Source of the DNA: Promethearchaeia archaeon
Lineage (GTDB): Archaea; Asgardarchaeota; Lokiarchaeia; Sigyniarchaeales; SOKP01
Direction: 5' to 3'
Assembly (NCBI GenBank): GCA_029856155.1
Contig: JAHQWL010000070.1
Location: 1 to 64,000 of the forward strand
DNA: 64,000 nt
Position 1 is the stretch's first letter; the number at the start of each line of letters is the position of its first letter. This document shows positions 51,332-61,295 of this stretch, piece by piece. Position numbers and translations under genes: made by a program. The notes under the pieces are model-generated. The model was not told the origin of the DNA, searched no databases, and saw only the letters and a program-made list of their open reading frames with translations.

Positions 51332-51886
51332 TTAGCTTTTCTCCTTAACTTTTTTTAAAATTAGTTTTCTAATATCTTCAAATTTCTTTATTACAACAAT
51401 CCCTTCCATCTGATTTAATCTTTTTATATTTTCAATTTCAACATCCCTAATTTTTAAGATTAAAGGAGAACCGTCAGGTCGAGAAGTAACAATTGGCTCA
51501 GTATCTTGATCCGAGGGAAAAATATAGACTATCTGTCCTCCTTTAATGGCTTGAGCCACACAATTTGTTATTAAAGTATCTGCAATACCATAAACAATTT
51601 TAGCTACACTATTAGCAGAAACCGGGCAAGTTAAAAATAAGTCGTAATTTCCAAGTTGTAGATGTCCAGCATAAAAAGGAATATTTGGAGTCTTTTCAAC
51701 TTTTAACTTTTTAACAGTTTCAGTGAGAGCTAACCACTTTTTATACCACTTAACGACAGCACTCCCTTCTTTTGATAAAATAACAGTTAAATCTATATTA
51801 AAATCGTCTTGTAATTCTTTCATCAAATCAATGGATTCTTGAAGAACATAACCCGTTCCTGTCATACCCCACATTAATTTAAACAT
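51332..51886 (-). CDS. Archaeal flavoprotein (AfpA/dihydromethanopterin-reductase-like)
   Basis: WGMTGTG, P.SANSVAKIVYGIADTLITN.VAQA.KG, PSD. Confidence 0.85.
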   Translation of the reverse strand: MFKLMWGMTGTGYVLQESIDLMKELQDDFNIDLTVILSKEGSAVVKWYKKWLALTETVKKLKVEKTPNIPFYAGHLQLGNYDLFLTCPVSANSVAKIVYGIADTLITNCVAQAIKGGQIVYIFPSDQDTEPIVTSRPDGSPLILKIRDVEIENIKRLNQMEGIVVIKKFEDIRKLILKKVKEKS

Positions 51887-51998
51887 TTCAAATACTTAGT
51901 TTTATTTATTATTATATCTACTAATAAGAAGAATTAATAATTTAAGCATAATAAATATTTAATGAGAATAACCTAAAATTATTAGCTATAGATTTAAT

Positions 51999-53231
51999 AT
52001 GAATGATTCAAAATATATCTATCTTGATAATGCTGCGACGACTCCAATGGATCCTAGGGTTATTGAAGAGGTTACTAAACACTTTAGGGAGACTTATGGA
52101 AATTCTTCGAGCTTGCACTCAGTTGGGCAAAAAGCAGGCCAGGTATTAAATAAATCTCGTGAAATGATTGCAACATTAATTAATGCGAATAGAGATGATA
52201 TTTTTTTCACTTCTTCTGGAACTGAGGCAGATAACATTGCTATTTTTGGTGTTGCTTCTAAAAATAAAGAAAGGGGTAACCATATTATTATGAGTTCAAT
52301 TGAACACCATGCGGTAGAAAATCCTTATAAAGAATTAGAAAAAAGAGGGTTTAAGGTTACTTTCTTACCAGTTGATAATTATGGTCTTATTAATATTAAA
52401 GATTTAGAAAATGCAATAACGAAAAAGACAATCTTAATTAGCATAATGTTTGCTAACAATGAAATTGGTACAATTGAGCCAATTAAAGAAATTGGAACAA
52501 TAGCCAAAACTCATGATGTTATTTTTCATACAGATGCAGTGCAAGCTTTTGGGAAAGTTCCAATTGATGTAGATGATATGAAAATTGATTTATTATCTGC
52601 TGCTGCTCATAAGCTTTATGGTCCGAAAGGAGTAGGTATGTTATATATTCGAAATAAGGGAGTAAGAGAGGGTTGGGGTAAATTTATTGACCCTATTATG
52701 TATGGTGGAGGACATGAAAGGGATATGAGACCAAGTACCGTCAATGTACCGGGAATTGCAGGTTTTGCAAAAGCTGTAGAAATCGCAAAGGAAGAAATGG
52801 AAAAAGAGATGGAAAGACATATTAGATTAAGGGATAAAATTATAAATTTTGCGATTACAAATATAGAAGACTGTTATTTAAACGGACATCCTACTCAAAG
52901 ACTGCCAAATAATGTAAATTTAGGTTTTAAATACATAGAAGGAGAGTCAATTGTATTAGATTTGGATGGAGAAGGAATTGCATCCTCTACTGGCTCAGCA
53001 TGTTCCTCAAAATCATTAGATCCTAGTCATGTACTGCTAGCTATAGGGTTAAAACCTGAGGACGCTCATGGCTCATTGAGAATTTCAATAGGTAGATTTA
53101 CAACCGAGGAAGATATTGATTATTTCCTTGAAAAATTACCCTATGTTATAGAGAGACTTAGAAAAATATCCCCTCTTAAAAAAGGAGTTAAATATATGTC
53201 TAATGAAACAGTTGTAAATCATCATCATTAA
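51999..53231 (+). CDS. iscS: Cysteine desulfurase, group I (IscS/NifS)
   Basis: YLDNAATTP, HTDAVQ, HKLYGPKG, STGSACSS. Confidence 0.95.
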   Translation: MNDSKYIYLDNAATTPMDPRVIEEVTKHFRETYGNSSSLHSVGQKAGQVLNKSREMIATLINANRDDIFFTSSGTEADNIAIFGVASKNKERGNHIIMSSIEHHAVENPYKELEKRGFKVTFLPVDNYGLINIKDLENAITKKTILISIMFANNEIGTIEPIKEIGTIAKTHDVIFHTDAVQAFGKVPIDVDDMKIDLLSAAAHKLYGPKGVGMLYIRNKGVREGWGKFIDPIMYGGGHERDMRPSTVNVPGIAGFAKAVEIAKEEMEKEMERHIRLRDKIINFAITNIEDCYLNGHPTQRLPNNVNLGFKYIEGESIVLDLDGEGIASSTGSACSSKSLDPSHVLLAIGLKPEDAHGSLRISIGRFTTEEDIDYFLEKLPYVIERLRKISPLKKGVKYMSNETVVNHHH

Positions 53232-53267
53232 CTATTTTTTTCTAATAATTATTAACAATTAGGACAA

Positions 53268-54011
53268 CTAACGATATATTTCATCAGGGGGTTCTGTCTC
53301 TATTATTGTATGATTTCCACTACTCCAAGAATTAATAGTTCCAGACCAATTTGGATATAAACTAAATCTCGGTCTTAAGTAAATTTTAACCCAATCATAG
53401 GGAGCAACCATAACATGCCTTGCTAATTCTATTTCCCAAAATGCTGATTTGAAAAGATAATGTTCGACTACTAATATAAATGGTGCATTTCCAAACCCTT
53501 CCCAAACTGTACTCTTATTAATTTTAAAATTCGAATGATTACTGGATAGATAATTAACAAAAACGTCTCTCATTGTTTCTATTGTAGGTGAAATATTCGA
53601 TGTCCAGTTTAGCACCTGCACTTTTGCATAATCTTTTTTGGAAATCCTCCCACTGCTAGCTACTGCTTCAATTTCAATTATATTATCAAGATGAGTTATA
53701 TTAGGATATAAAAATACTTCAACAATCTTCCTTAATGGTTCATTTTCCCAAATTTTATATTCTAATTCAATCGATACATTAGTCTTTATCGATATCGATA
53801 AATTAGACATCAATTCATTGTTGCTGGTTTTTATTTCTAAAAGTAACCATGCTGTATGATTTGAATGTGATTTCATTTCTTTAGGCGTAAATTCAATTTG
53901 GAGGGTTTTTTGTCCTGGTATATTAATAATAAAAAAAACAACTGAAATTGAAGCTACAATCAATGTAATTCCCACTATAGCCACAATCGTATACCTTTTA
54001 TTCCGTTTCAT
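53268..54011 (-). CDS. Membrane-anchored hypothetical protein
   Basis: Basic N-terminus, one TM, extracellular domain. Confidence 0.65.
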   Translation of the reverse strand: MKRNKRYTIVAIVGITLIVASISVVFFIINIPGQKTLQIEFTPKEMKSHSNHTAWLLLEIKTSNNELMSNLSISIKTNVSIELEYKIWENEPLRKIVEVFLYPNITHLDNIIEIEAVASSGRISKKDYAKVQVLNWTSNISPTIETMRDVFVNYLSSNHSNFKINKSTVWEGFGNAPFILVVEHYLFKSAFWEIELARHVMVAPYDWVKIYLRPRFSLYPNWSGTINSWSSGNHTIIETEPPDEIYR

Positions 54012-54017
54012 AACAAA

Positions 54018-55334
54018 TCAACTAAAAAATAGCGATAATAAGAATAAATATCCAATGGATAAAATAATATGAATTATAGCAAATGTCGCGCCAACTTTCA
54101 ACAATCTTTTAAAATTTAAATTTGGTACATCATTATTTTGAGCAATTTTAAGTGTCATTACATCACAAGCTGCTCCTTGAGGTATAAGGTTTCCACCAAG
54201 ATTTACTGCTATAATTAATGAGTAATATAAGGGGATTGAAGGAAATCCAAAGCCATCAGGGATTGGGGCCACCAACAAATTTACGATTGGAATAAAAACT
54301 AATGCAGTAGGAGTATTAGCAACAAATCCCGACACAAAACTAACAAGTACTAAAATAATTAAACTTACTAAGAAAGGGTTCAAAGTTTCAAACGGGATTC
54401 CTTTGAAAAGCTCATCAAAACCGGCTACTTCTAAACAGCCAACAACAACATATAATGAAATAAAGAAAAATATGATTTCCCATTCAATATCTTTTAAAAA
54501 CTCACTCATTTTTTTGTTTGTAAATTTTTTATTAATTAACACTAATAAAAATGCTGAAAATGCTGCCGTTAAATAAAGAAATGGTAAAATTGCAAAAAGA
54601 ACTATAGTAACAATTATAGCAATACTATTAAAATAAAACATTCTTTTATCTGATATCATTACTTTAGCATCTACTAAATCCAAAACGTATTTTTTTTGAA
54701 GATCTTCTATTTCTGGTTCTTTACTCAATTGGAATTTATCTAATAAAAAAGCTGTTATGAATAAAAGGAAAAAAGAAAATATCCAATAGTAGGTTATGAA
54801 ATAAACAGTATCTAGATTAAATGCAGCAGAGATAATAATATTTTCTCCACTAGAGAATGGAGTTATAATTGACCCTATATTTATACAAATTGTCATTCCT
54901 AATAAATAAGTTCCTGCTCTTATTTTTAAAAAACGACATAAACGTATTACAACTGGTGCTAATATTAATACAACAACAACATCACTAATAATTGATGCTA
55001 AAATAGTTGTAATAAAACATAATAAATAAAAGAATATTTTTCTATTTCCCTTTGAAATTTTAAAAAGTTTTACAGCTAAAAATTCTAAAATATTCGAATC
55101 TTGTGCGATTTTAGTGATAATACTCATACACAAGATAACTATTATGGCTTCAAATTCAATAAATGATATAAAAGTAGATATTGTTAAACCCTTCGTTATA
55201 CCAGTAATTGTGCCAGCTGTAAAACAGCATAATAAAGAAATGGTTACAAAATCTAATTTCTTTGACGAATAACTAATTAATATAATAATAAAAATAATAA
55301 ATATTACAATTAGGAGCCATGGATCTTCCAACAT
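54018..55334 (-). CDS. ArsB/NhaD/SLC13 (P-type anion) permease
   Basis: NIGSIITP, IEWEIIFFFI, SGFVANTP, NLGGNLIPQGA. Confidence 0.88.
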   Translation of the reverse strand: MLEDPWLLIVIFIIFIIILISYSSKKLDFVTISLLCCFTAGTITGITKGLTISTFISFIEFEAIIVILCMSIITKIAQDSNILEFLAVKLFKISKGNRKIFFYLLCFITTILASIISDVVVVLILAPVVIRLCRFLKIRAGTYLLGMTICINIGSIITPFSSGENIIISAAFNLDTVYFITYYWIFSFFLLFITAFLLDKFQLSKEPEIEDLQKKYVLDLVDAKVMISDKRMFYFNSIAIIVTIVLFAILPFLYLTAAFSAFLLVLINKKFTNKKMSEFLKDIEWEIIFFFISLYVVVGCLEVAGFDELFKGIPFETLNPFLVSLIILVLVSFVSGFVANTPTALVFIPIVNLLVAPIPDGFGFPSIPLYYSLIIAVNLGGNLIPQGAACDVMTLKIAQNNDVPNLNFKRLLKVGATFAIIHIILSIGYLFLLSLFFS

Positions 55335-55706
55335 AGTTAATTATAAAGGAATTTATTTATAAAATAATTTTTATTAAAGCTAATTAATAATTTAAATTTG
55401 ATTAATTGCTTGTTCGTTATTCCTTCTTTTTCAAATTGGAATGTAAGAATTATTTAAATTAAATGAATTGCATATAATACATTAATTATTATTTAGCAGG
55501 GATTTATACATATTTAGGGGATTTATTTCAATTAAAAGAATGGAGTAATAGTATAAGGCATCGTCTTGAAACATTAGAAGATATTTATAATGTCACACAA
55601 TCCAATATTAATGAAAAATTTTTACTTTATTTAGAAATTCTACTAAGTTTTATTTTTATAATGGAGTTTATACTCCTATTATTTGATTTCTTTTTATAAT
55701 TCCAAT

Positions 55707-56918
55707 TTATAAGAAAATGTCTGATGTTGGAAAATCCTCTTTTTTTTTTGACATAATTTTATCTATGGCCATGATAAAATCTTCATAAGAAATAATTTCA
55801 GAATTTTTTCTAATAGCATACATTCCTGCTTCTGTACAAATACCTTTAATGTCAGAACCTGTTGCGCCTTGAGTACGAGCACTTAAATGCTTTATTTCAA
55901 TATTTGCTTCAATATTTAAATTTTTCATATGAACTCTAAAGATTGATTCTCTGGCTTTTTCATTAGGAATGGGAAATTCTACTATTCGATCAAATCGACC
56001 TGGTCTTAATAAAGCGGGATCCAATATATCTGCTCTATTTGTTGCTCCTATAAATTTTATATCACCTCTTTGATCGAATCCATCTAATTCACTTAATAAT
56101 TGCATTAATGTTCTATTTACTTCTCTATCACCTGAAGTATCATCTTGCATTCTAACAGCACCTATTGCGTCTAATTCATCAATAAACAAAATAGTAGGTG
56201 CTTTCTGTCTTGCTAAACTAAATATTTCTCTAACATATTGCGCACCTTCCCCTATAAATTTTTGAACTAATTCTGTTGCAACCACTTTAATAAATGTTGC
56301 ATTTGTTTCACGAGCAACAGCTTTAGCTAGTAATGTTTTCCCCGTTCCTGGCAAACCATAAAAAAGAACGCCTTTGGGTGGTTCTATCCCAATCTTTTTG
56401 AATAATCCAGGTTTTTTCAATGGTAATTCTATTATTTCTTTAACTTCTTGAATTTGATATTCTAAACCCCCTATATCATCATAGGACACGTCAATTGGAC
56501 TATCTATTATTTCCATCCCCCTAACAAATGGGCTAAAATTGGAAGGTAATATTTCCATTATAGCATAGTTTCTTTGATTTAAGGCAACTTGTAAACCAGG
56601 TACTAGCTTCTCTTTTTGCAATCTATTGCTAATTCTAACAATAAAACTAGCGCTAGGTGAACTATCTACAATAGCACGGTCATTATTATCATCTAACATA
56701 TCAGTTATACATCCCGATATTAATGGAAGTTCACTTAACCGTCCAATTTCTTCACGTAAACTTTTTACTTCAAATTCCGCTTTTTTTACTCCGTTATTTA
56801 GTAAATTTATTACGATTTTAATATCCTCTATTTTTTTTTCAAGATGGCGTATATAGGAAGAAATTTTTTCGACATTCTCTGGATCTTTTTTACCATTTTC
56901 AATTTCTGTAGAGGTCAT
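55707..56918 (-). CDS. pan: Proteasome-activating nucleotidase (PAN)
   Basis: Coiled coil plus OB fold, GIEPPKGVL.YG.PGTGKT, KFIGEGA, DPALLRPGRFDR. Confidence 0.95.
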   Translation of the reverse strand: MTSTEIENGKKDPENVEKISSYIRHLEKKIEDIKIVINLLNNGVKKAEFEVKSLREEIGRLSELPLISGCITDMLDDNNDRAIVDSSPSASFIVRISNRLQKEKLVPGLQVALNQRNYAIMEILPSNFSPFVRGMEIIDSPIDVSYDDIGGLEYQIQEVKEIIELPLKKPGLFKKIGIEPPKGVLFYGLPGTGKTLLAKAVARETNATFIKVVATELVQKFIGEGAQYVREIFSLARQKAPTILFIDELDAIGAVRMQDDTSGDREVNRTLMQLLSELDGFDQRGDIKFIGATNRADILDPALLRPGRFDRIVEFPIPNEKARESIFRVHMKNLNIEANIEIKHLSARTQGATGSDIKGICTEAGMYAIRKNSEIISYEDFIMAIDKIMSKKKEDFPTSDIFL

Positions 56919-56956
56919 TTTATTATAGGTATTTGATATTAGAATTATAATTAAGT

Positions 56957-58885
56957 TTATCCAATTCTTTTCACTGCGACTTCTAAAATCTTATTTATCA
57001 TTTCCTTATATGGAATATTAGCAAAATTACACATTTTTGCTAAATGACCATCCCAACACCAACCGGGATTAGGATTTACTTCTAAAAGCTTTGGATTTCC
57101 TTTCGCATCCAAACGCCAATCAAATCTAGCATAATCTTGACATTCTAATCGTTCAAATAATTTGAGAGAATAATTTTCAATAATTTCTATTATATTTTGA
57201 GGAAGATTTGCTGGAATTGATTTAATATTCCAATAAGGAGAATCTGGTAGCCATTTTGCTTCATACCCACAAATTTTTGGTAATTCAGCAGGCAAATTTG
57301 AATAATCTTCTTCAATTATTGGAAGAATTATAAAATTATCTGGTTTATTTCCGATAATTCCAATTGTGAGATCCTTACCAGTAAGAAACTGTTCAACTAA
57401 AACTGGTTTATCATAACCAAAATTTTCACGAATCTCTGAAATTGCATTTAATAATTCCTCTCCGTTTTTAACTACACTTCTCTGAGTAATTCCAAAACTC
57501 GAGTCCCCAAAATTTGGTTTTACAATTGCAGGGAAATATAAAGGCAAATCTATTATTTTTTCTTCTGGTTTAATGAAAATAGCTTCAGGAACGGGAATCT
57601 CTAATTCTTTTGCAATACCTCTTACTAAGGATTTATCATAACAAAAGGCTAGACATTGAGGTCCAGATCCGGTATATGGAATTTTTAGAATTTCTAATAA
57701 AGCGGGTATATGCAACTCCTTCCTAGCATCGTTGTAATAACCTTCATCGCACAAATTAAAAACAAAATCAATCTTTCCTTTCAAATTAAGTAAATCTTGA
57801 ACAAGAGTGCTGTGATTATCTAAAAATGAAAAATTATATTCATTAAGGTCCTTTATTGCTGTTTTTAATTGAAATATAGTAAAGAAATCATCATCATCGA
57901 ATTTATTTAAGGGTTTAAGTAAATCGGGTCTATGGGGGTCTCCAAAAATAACAACAGTATTTCTTTTCGCCTTTTTTTCTTTCTTTTTAACCTCTGTCCA
58001 TTCTTTTTTAACAATAGCACTAACGATAATCCTTTTCTCCATCATACCTAAATCTTGGTCTCTTGCAGATTCAGGCGTAATTGATCCATGGAATACTACA
58101 TCACTAAACCCTACATTTTCTAATAACTCTGAAATCCCTCTTTTTGAGTATAATCTTTCTGCATAGAACTGATCCACTAATACCCCTTTATTAACATGGG
58201 TTATTACTTCCCGTGCAATCAATTTTTGTTTGTCAAAAGATAAAGATCTCTCTCGACAAACGAAAAGATTCTTATCAATCCATTCCCATGAACGTGGTTG
58301 ATAATTATACTTGATGTATTCACCATCAGTTATATCTATTAATATTTTTCCCCAAGGTTTTAAAACACGGAAAACTTCTTTTAATACCAGAAGATCATCA
58401 TTGATTGATTCAAAATATCCAAAGCTATTACCTAAAATCATAACAAAATCAAATGTATCAGGAGCATATGGTAGTTTTCTTGCATCACCTTCACGAAATT
58501 TGCATGAAACCCCACTTTTTTTAGCGTTTGCTTTAGCTTTTTGAATTAGAAATCTTGAACGATCTAACCCATATATATTTTTAAAATTATTATCAGCAAG
58601 CTCAATAGAATGTCTTCCTTGTCCACAACATAGATCAAGAATCTGATGATCTGGCTGGAAATTCATTATTTTCAAAAAATATTTCACTTCAAATTCAGTA
58701 ATTTTATGATCTTCTACTACATCACTATCTGTTTTTAGATAATATGCATTGAATATCCTTTTCCACCAATCCTTTTTGACATATTCTTCTAAGTCAAGAA
58801 CAGGACCAAGACATTTGGATGAATTTTTTTCTTTACTTTCAAAATTTCTTTTTTTATTATTTATGTTTTCTGTTTGAGATGCCAT
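56957..58885 (-). CDS. Class I SAM methyltransferase fused to a D-Ala-D-Ala-ligase-like ATP-grasp domain
   Basis: LDLCCGQGRH, GDAR.LP; then IPYTGS, DK, VKP..GDSS.GI, YEAKW, ARFDWR, LEVNPNPG. Confidence 0.9.
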   Translation of the reverse strand: MASQTENINNKKRNFESKEKNSSKCLGPVLDLEEYVKKDWWKRIFNAYYLKTDSDVVEDHKITEFEVKYFLKIMNFQPDHQILDLCCGQGRHSIELADNNFKNIYGLDRSRFLIQKAKANAKKSGVSCKFREGDARKLPYAPDTFDFVMILGNSFGYFESINDDLLVLKEVFRVLKPWGKILIDITDGEYIKYNYQPRSWEWIDKNLFVCRERSLSFDKQKLIAREVITHVNKGVLVDQFYAERLYSKRGISELLENVGFSDVVFHGSITPESARDQDLGMMEKRIIVSAIVKKEWTEVKKKEKKAKRNTVVIFGDPHRPDLLKPLNKFDDDDFFTIFQLKTAIKDLNEYNFSFLDNHSTLVQDLLNLKGKIDFVFNLCDEGYYNDARKELHIPALLEILKIPYTGSGPQCLAFCYDKSLVRGIAKELEIPVPEAIFIKPEEKIIDLPLYFPAIVKPNFGDSSFGITQRSVVKNGEELLNAISEIRENFGYDKPVLVEQFLTGKDLTIGIIGNKPDNFIILPIIEEDYSNLPAELPKICGYEAKWLPDSPYWNIKSIPANLPQNIIEIIENYSLKLFERLECQDYARFDWRLDAKGNPKLLEVNPNPGWCWDGHLAKMCNFANIPYKEMINKILEVAVKRIG

Positions 58886-59657
58886 TATCGTTTTATAATT
58901 AATATTTTAATTTTGATAAAATTGGAGTAAAATAAAGACTTTTTACATTGAATGAAGTTTTTAAGAATTTTATATTATTACTAAAAAGTTTTACACAGAG
59001 ATTAATCCATCTTAAATTCTCAATTATAATATAATATATCATCTATTATTTAATCGAATACCCTTAATATGTTATTTAGATTTAATTTTACTTCATTCTA
59101 TTGAAAATTTATATTTGAAGTTAAATATAAATAATCTTATTTAAAAACTTTTCCTTTAAATTTTTACACTCCAAGACAAATTTTATTTAGATTAGATATC
59201 TTGGAATTAATAAAAAAATTGTTCAATCTTAGATATAGGATACTAACTTAATCTAATGAGATAAATGTGAGTTTAATTTAACACCTTCTCCTCTTTTTAT
59301 ATGCATTTTGGAATATTAGGTAATTTCTAATAATTATTATTTATTTGCGTCCTAAAGGGGTTATTTTTTACAATTGATGGATTTAAATATTAAATTTTTA
59401 GAACCTAATCAAGTATTAAATTCCATTTTTAATTAAAGTAAAAAGTATTACTTTATGTATAATAAAAATTAACTGTTATAATTAATAAAAGTACCCATAA
59501 TGAGTTTTGAATCGTATGCAATTTCGATTAATCTTCTTTATTTTAATTATTGTTATTAAAATTAAAAAACTTTTAATATTGAATAAGTCTTTAATCGTAA
59601 TTGAAAATATATCATTATTTTAATCTATTATAAATAATAAAAAAAGAGGTCTAAATC

Positions 59658-59794
59658 GTGAATACAAAACGAAAATTTGAAAAAAAAAATTCGTGGAAGA
59701 TGATGATTGGGATGAGGACGTAGAATATGATGATGATACAGACTGGGATGAAGACTGGGAAGATTATGATGACTTAAAAGAAGACTTTTTCTAA
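59658..59794 (+). CDS. Very acidic Trp-containing microprotein (about 45 aa), frameshift in an A10 run
   Basis: GAGG upstream of GTG; adding one A gives MNTKRKFEKKKFVEDDDWDEDVEYDDDTDWDEDWEDYDDLKEDFF*. Confidence 0.6.
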
Positions 59795-59913
59795 TTGACT
59801 TTAGAATGATATTACACCTAATTCGATTAATCCATCCCTTACAAAATGTTTAATTGATCTAATTTTTTTAATAAATGATTTAATACTCTAAAATATTAAA
59901 TTTAAATAACAAC

Positions 59914-60573
59914 ATGGAAAAACAAACTAATTTAGCAATTCTAATATTAATCGGTGGAAAGAGTACTCGTTTTGGGACCGAAAAAGCGATTGTAGAGATA
60001 TATGGTAAACCTTTAATCTTACATCAATTAGAGATTTTGGCTCAAATTGATCAAGATATCTATTTGGTCGCTCATTCTGAAGAGCAAATATATAGCTATC
60101 GAAAACAAATAGATTTTCCAAAAGATACTAATTTTATAGTAGATGATAGGGAAATTTTTGAACATCCCAAAATTTTCAAACCAATGTTAGGCATATATTC
60201 TGGATTTAAAGAATTGAATAGATTAGGATTTGAAAAAGCATTTGTACTATCTTGCGATATGCCTCTCATTAATCCCGATATAATTAATTTAATGATAAAT
60301 GAATCCAAGGAATTTGAATGTTGTATTCCAAGATGGAGTAATGGCTTCTTAGAGTTATTTTTTGCTATATATCCGGTCGGGAAAGGATATCTAAAAGCAA
60401 AACAAATTCTGTTAACTGAAAATTATGGGTTAATAAATTTTATTGACAAGAATTGGAAAATAAAATATGTGTCCGTAGAAAATACTATTCGACCTTTTGA
60501 TAAAAATTTATCAAGTTTAATAAACATTAACGGACCAATAGATTTGGATAAATTAATAAAATTAAATAAATAA
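59914..60573 (+). CDS. mobA: Molybdenum cofactor guanylyltransferase
   Basis: LIGGKSTRFGTEKA, P.LGI.SG, CDMP, NIN...D. Confidence 0.9.
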   Translation: MEKQTNLAILILIGGKSTRFGTEKAIVEIYGKPLILHQLEILAQIDQDIYLVAHSEEQIYSYRKQIDFPKDTNFIVDDREIFEHPKIFKPMLGIYSGFKELNRLGFEKAFVLSCDMPLINPDIINLMINESKEFECCIPRWSNGFLELFFAIYPVGKGYLKAKQILLTENYGLINFIDKNWKIKYVSVENTIRPFDKNLSSLININGPIDLDKLIKLNK

Positions 60574-60615
60574 AAATTTAATTCATAAAAAAAAATTTAA
60601 ACCTGTGATAGTATA

Positions 60616-60984
60616 ATGACCGGAAATGACACTAAATACAATAAATTGGAAAATAATGTATTTTATATAAAAGAGGATTTTAAGAAAAAAGGAAAGGAAT
60701 ATGGCATAGTGAAATTAAATAAAAGACAATTTAATGCACTAGTAGAATGTATAGATTTACAATCGGTAGCTCCATTAGTTTCTCCAAGATTTAGTCAGAG
60801 AATAGAACATTTTCTAATACCTCGAATTGATGAAATAAGTAGAATACTATATGCATTAAAACCATTTCCTGATGAGTTGGGAATTGAAATGTCAAAAGAA
60901 AATTGTAACGATATTCTTAAAGGACTTAAACTTGGTATTGTTAGTAGTGGGTTAAAAACAGAGGTTATTCCGCGGAGGAATTAA
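60616..60984 (+). CDS. Hypothetical protein
   Basis: 122-aa ORF co-oriented with mobA. Confidence 0.6.
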   Translation: MTGNDTKYNKLENNVFYIKEDFKKKGKEYGIVKLNKRQFNALVECIDLQSVAPLVSPRFSQRIEHFLIPRIDEISRILYALKPFPDELGIEMSKENCNDILKGLKLGIVSSGLKTEVIPRRN

Positions 60985-61295
60985 ATACAACACTCAAAAA
61001 AATCAAATTTCATAAGTAAAATAAGTTATCTAGACTTTCAAAATTTTTATTTTCAATTCAAATCTTTATCATCAAATAATTTAAATATTTCTTATCTACA
61101 CAACAAAAATAACTAGGCTATAATAGAACTCTAAAATTTCTAGCATATCAATAAACGAAGTTATTTAAATTTATATTTCAATATTTCTAAAAAATTAAAA
61201 TAATAGATAAGTTTATTAAGCTGATACTCTAATTAGAATATTCAACGGAGTAATGTATTTTATTCAATTAAAATCAGTAAAAAGTGATATTGTAA

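Noticed and set aside
58890-59640. Long AT-rich intergenic region as a replication origin or ncRNA
   Set aside because: No ORB repeats, no adjacent cdc6/orc1, and no stable GC-rich structure seen.
431-60308. Short overlapping ORFs in the track (e.g. 431, 2536, 5120, 7852, 10639, 16411, 27127, 35344, 43888, 45398, 47451, 48428, 56626, 60096)
   Set aside because: They lie opposite well-supported genes and show no motifs of their own.
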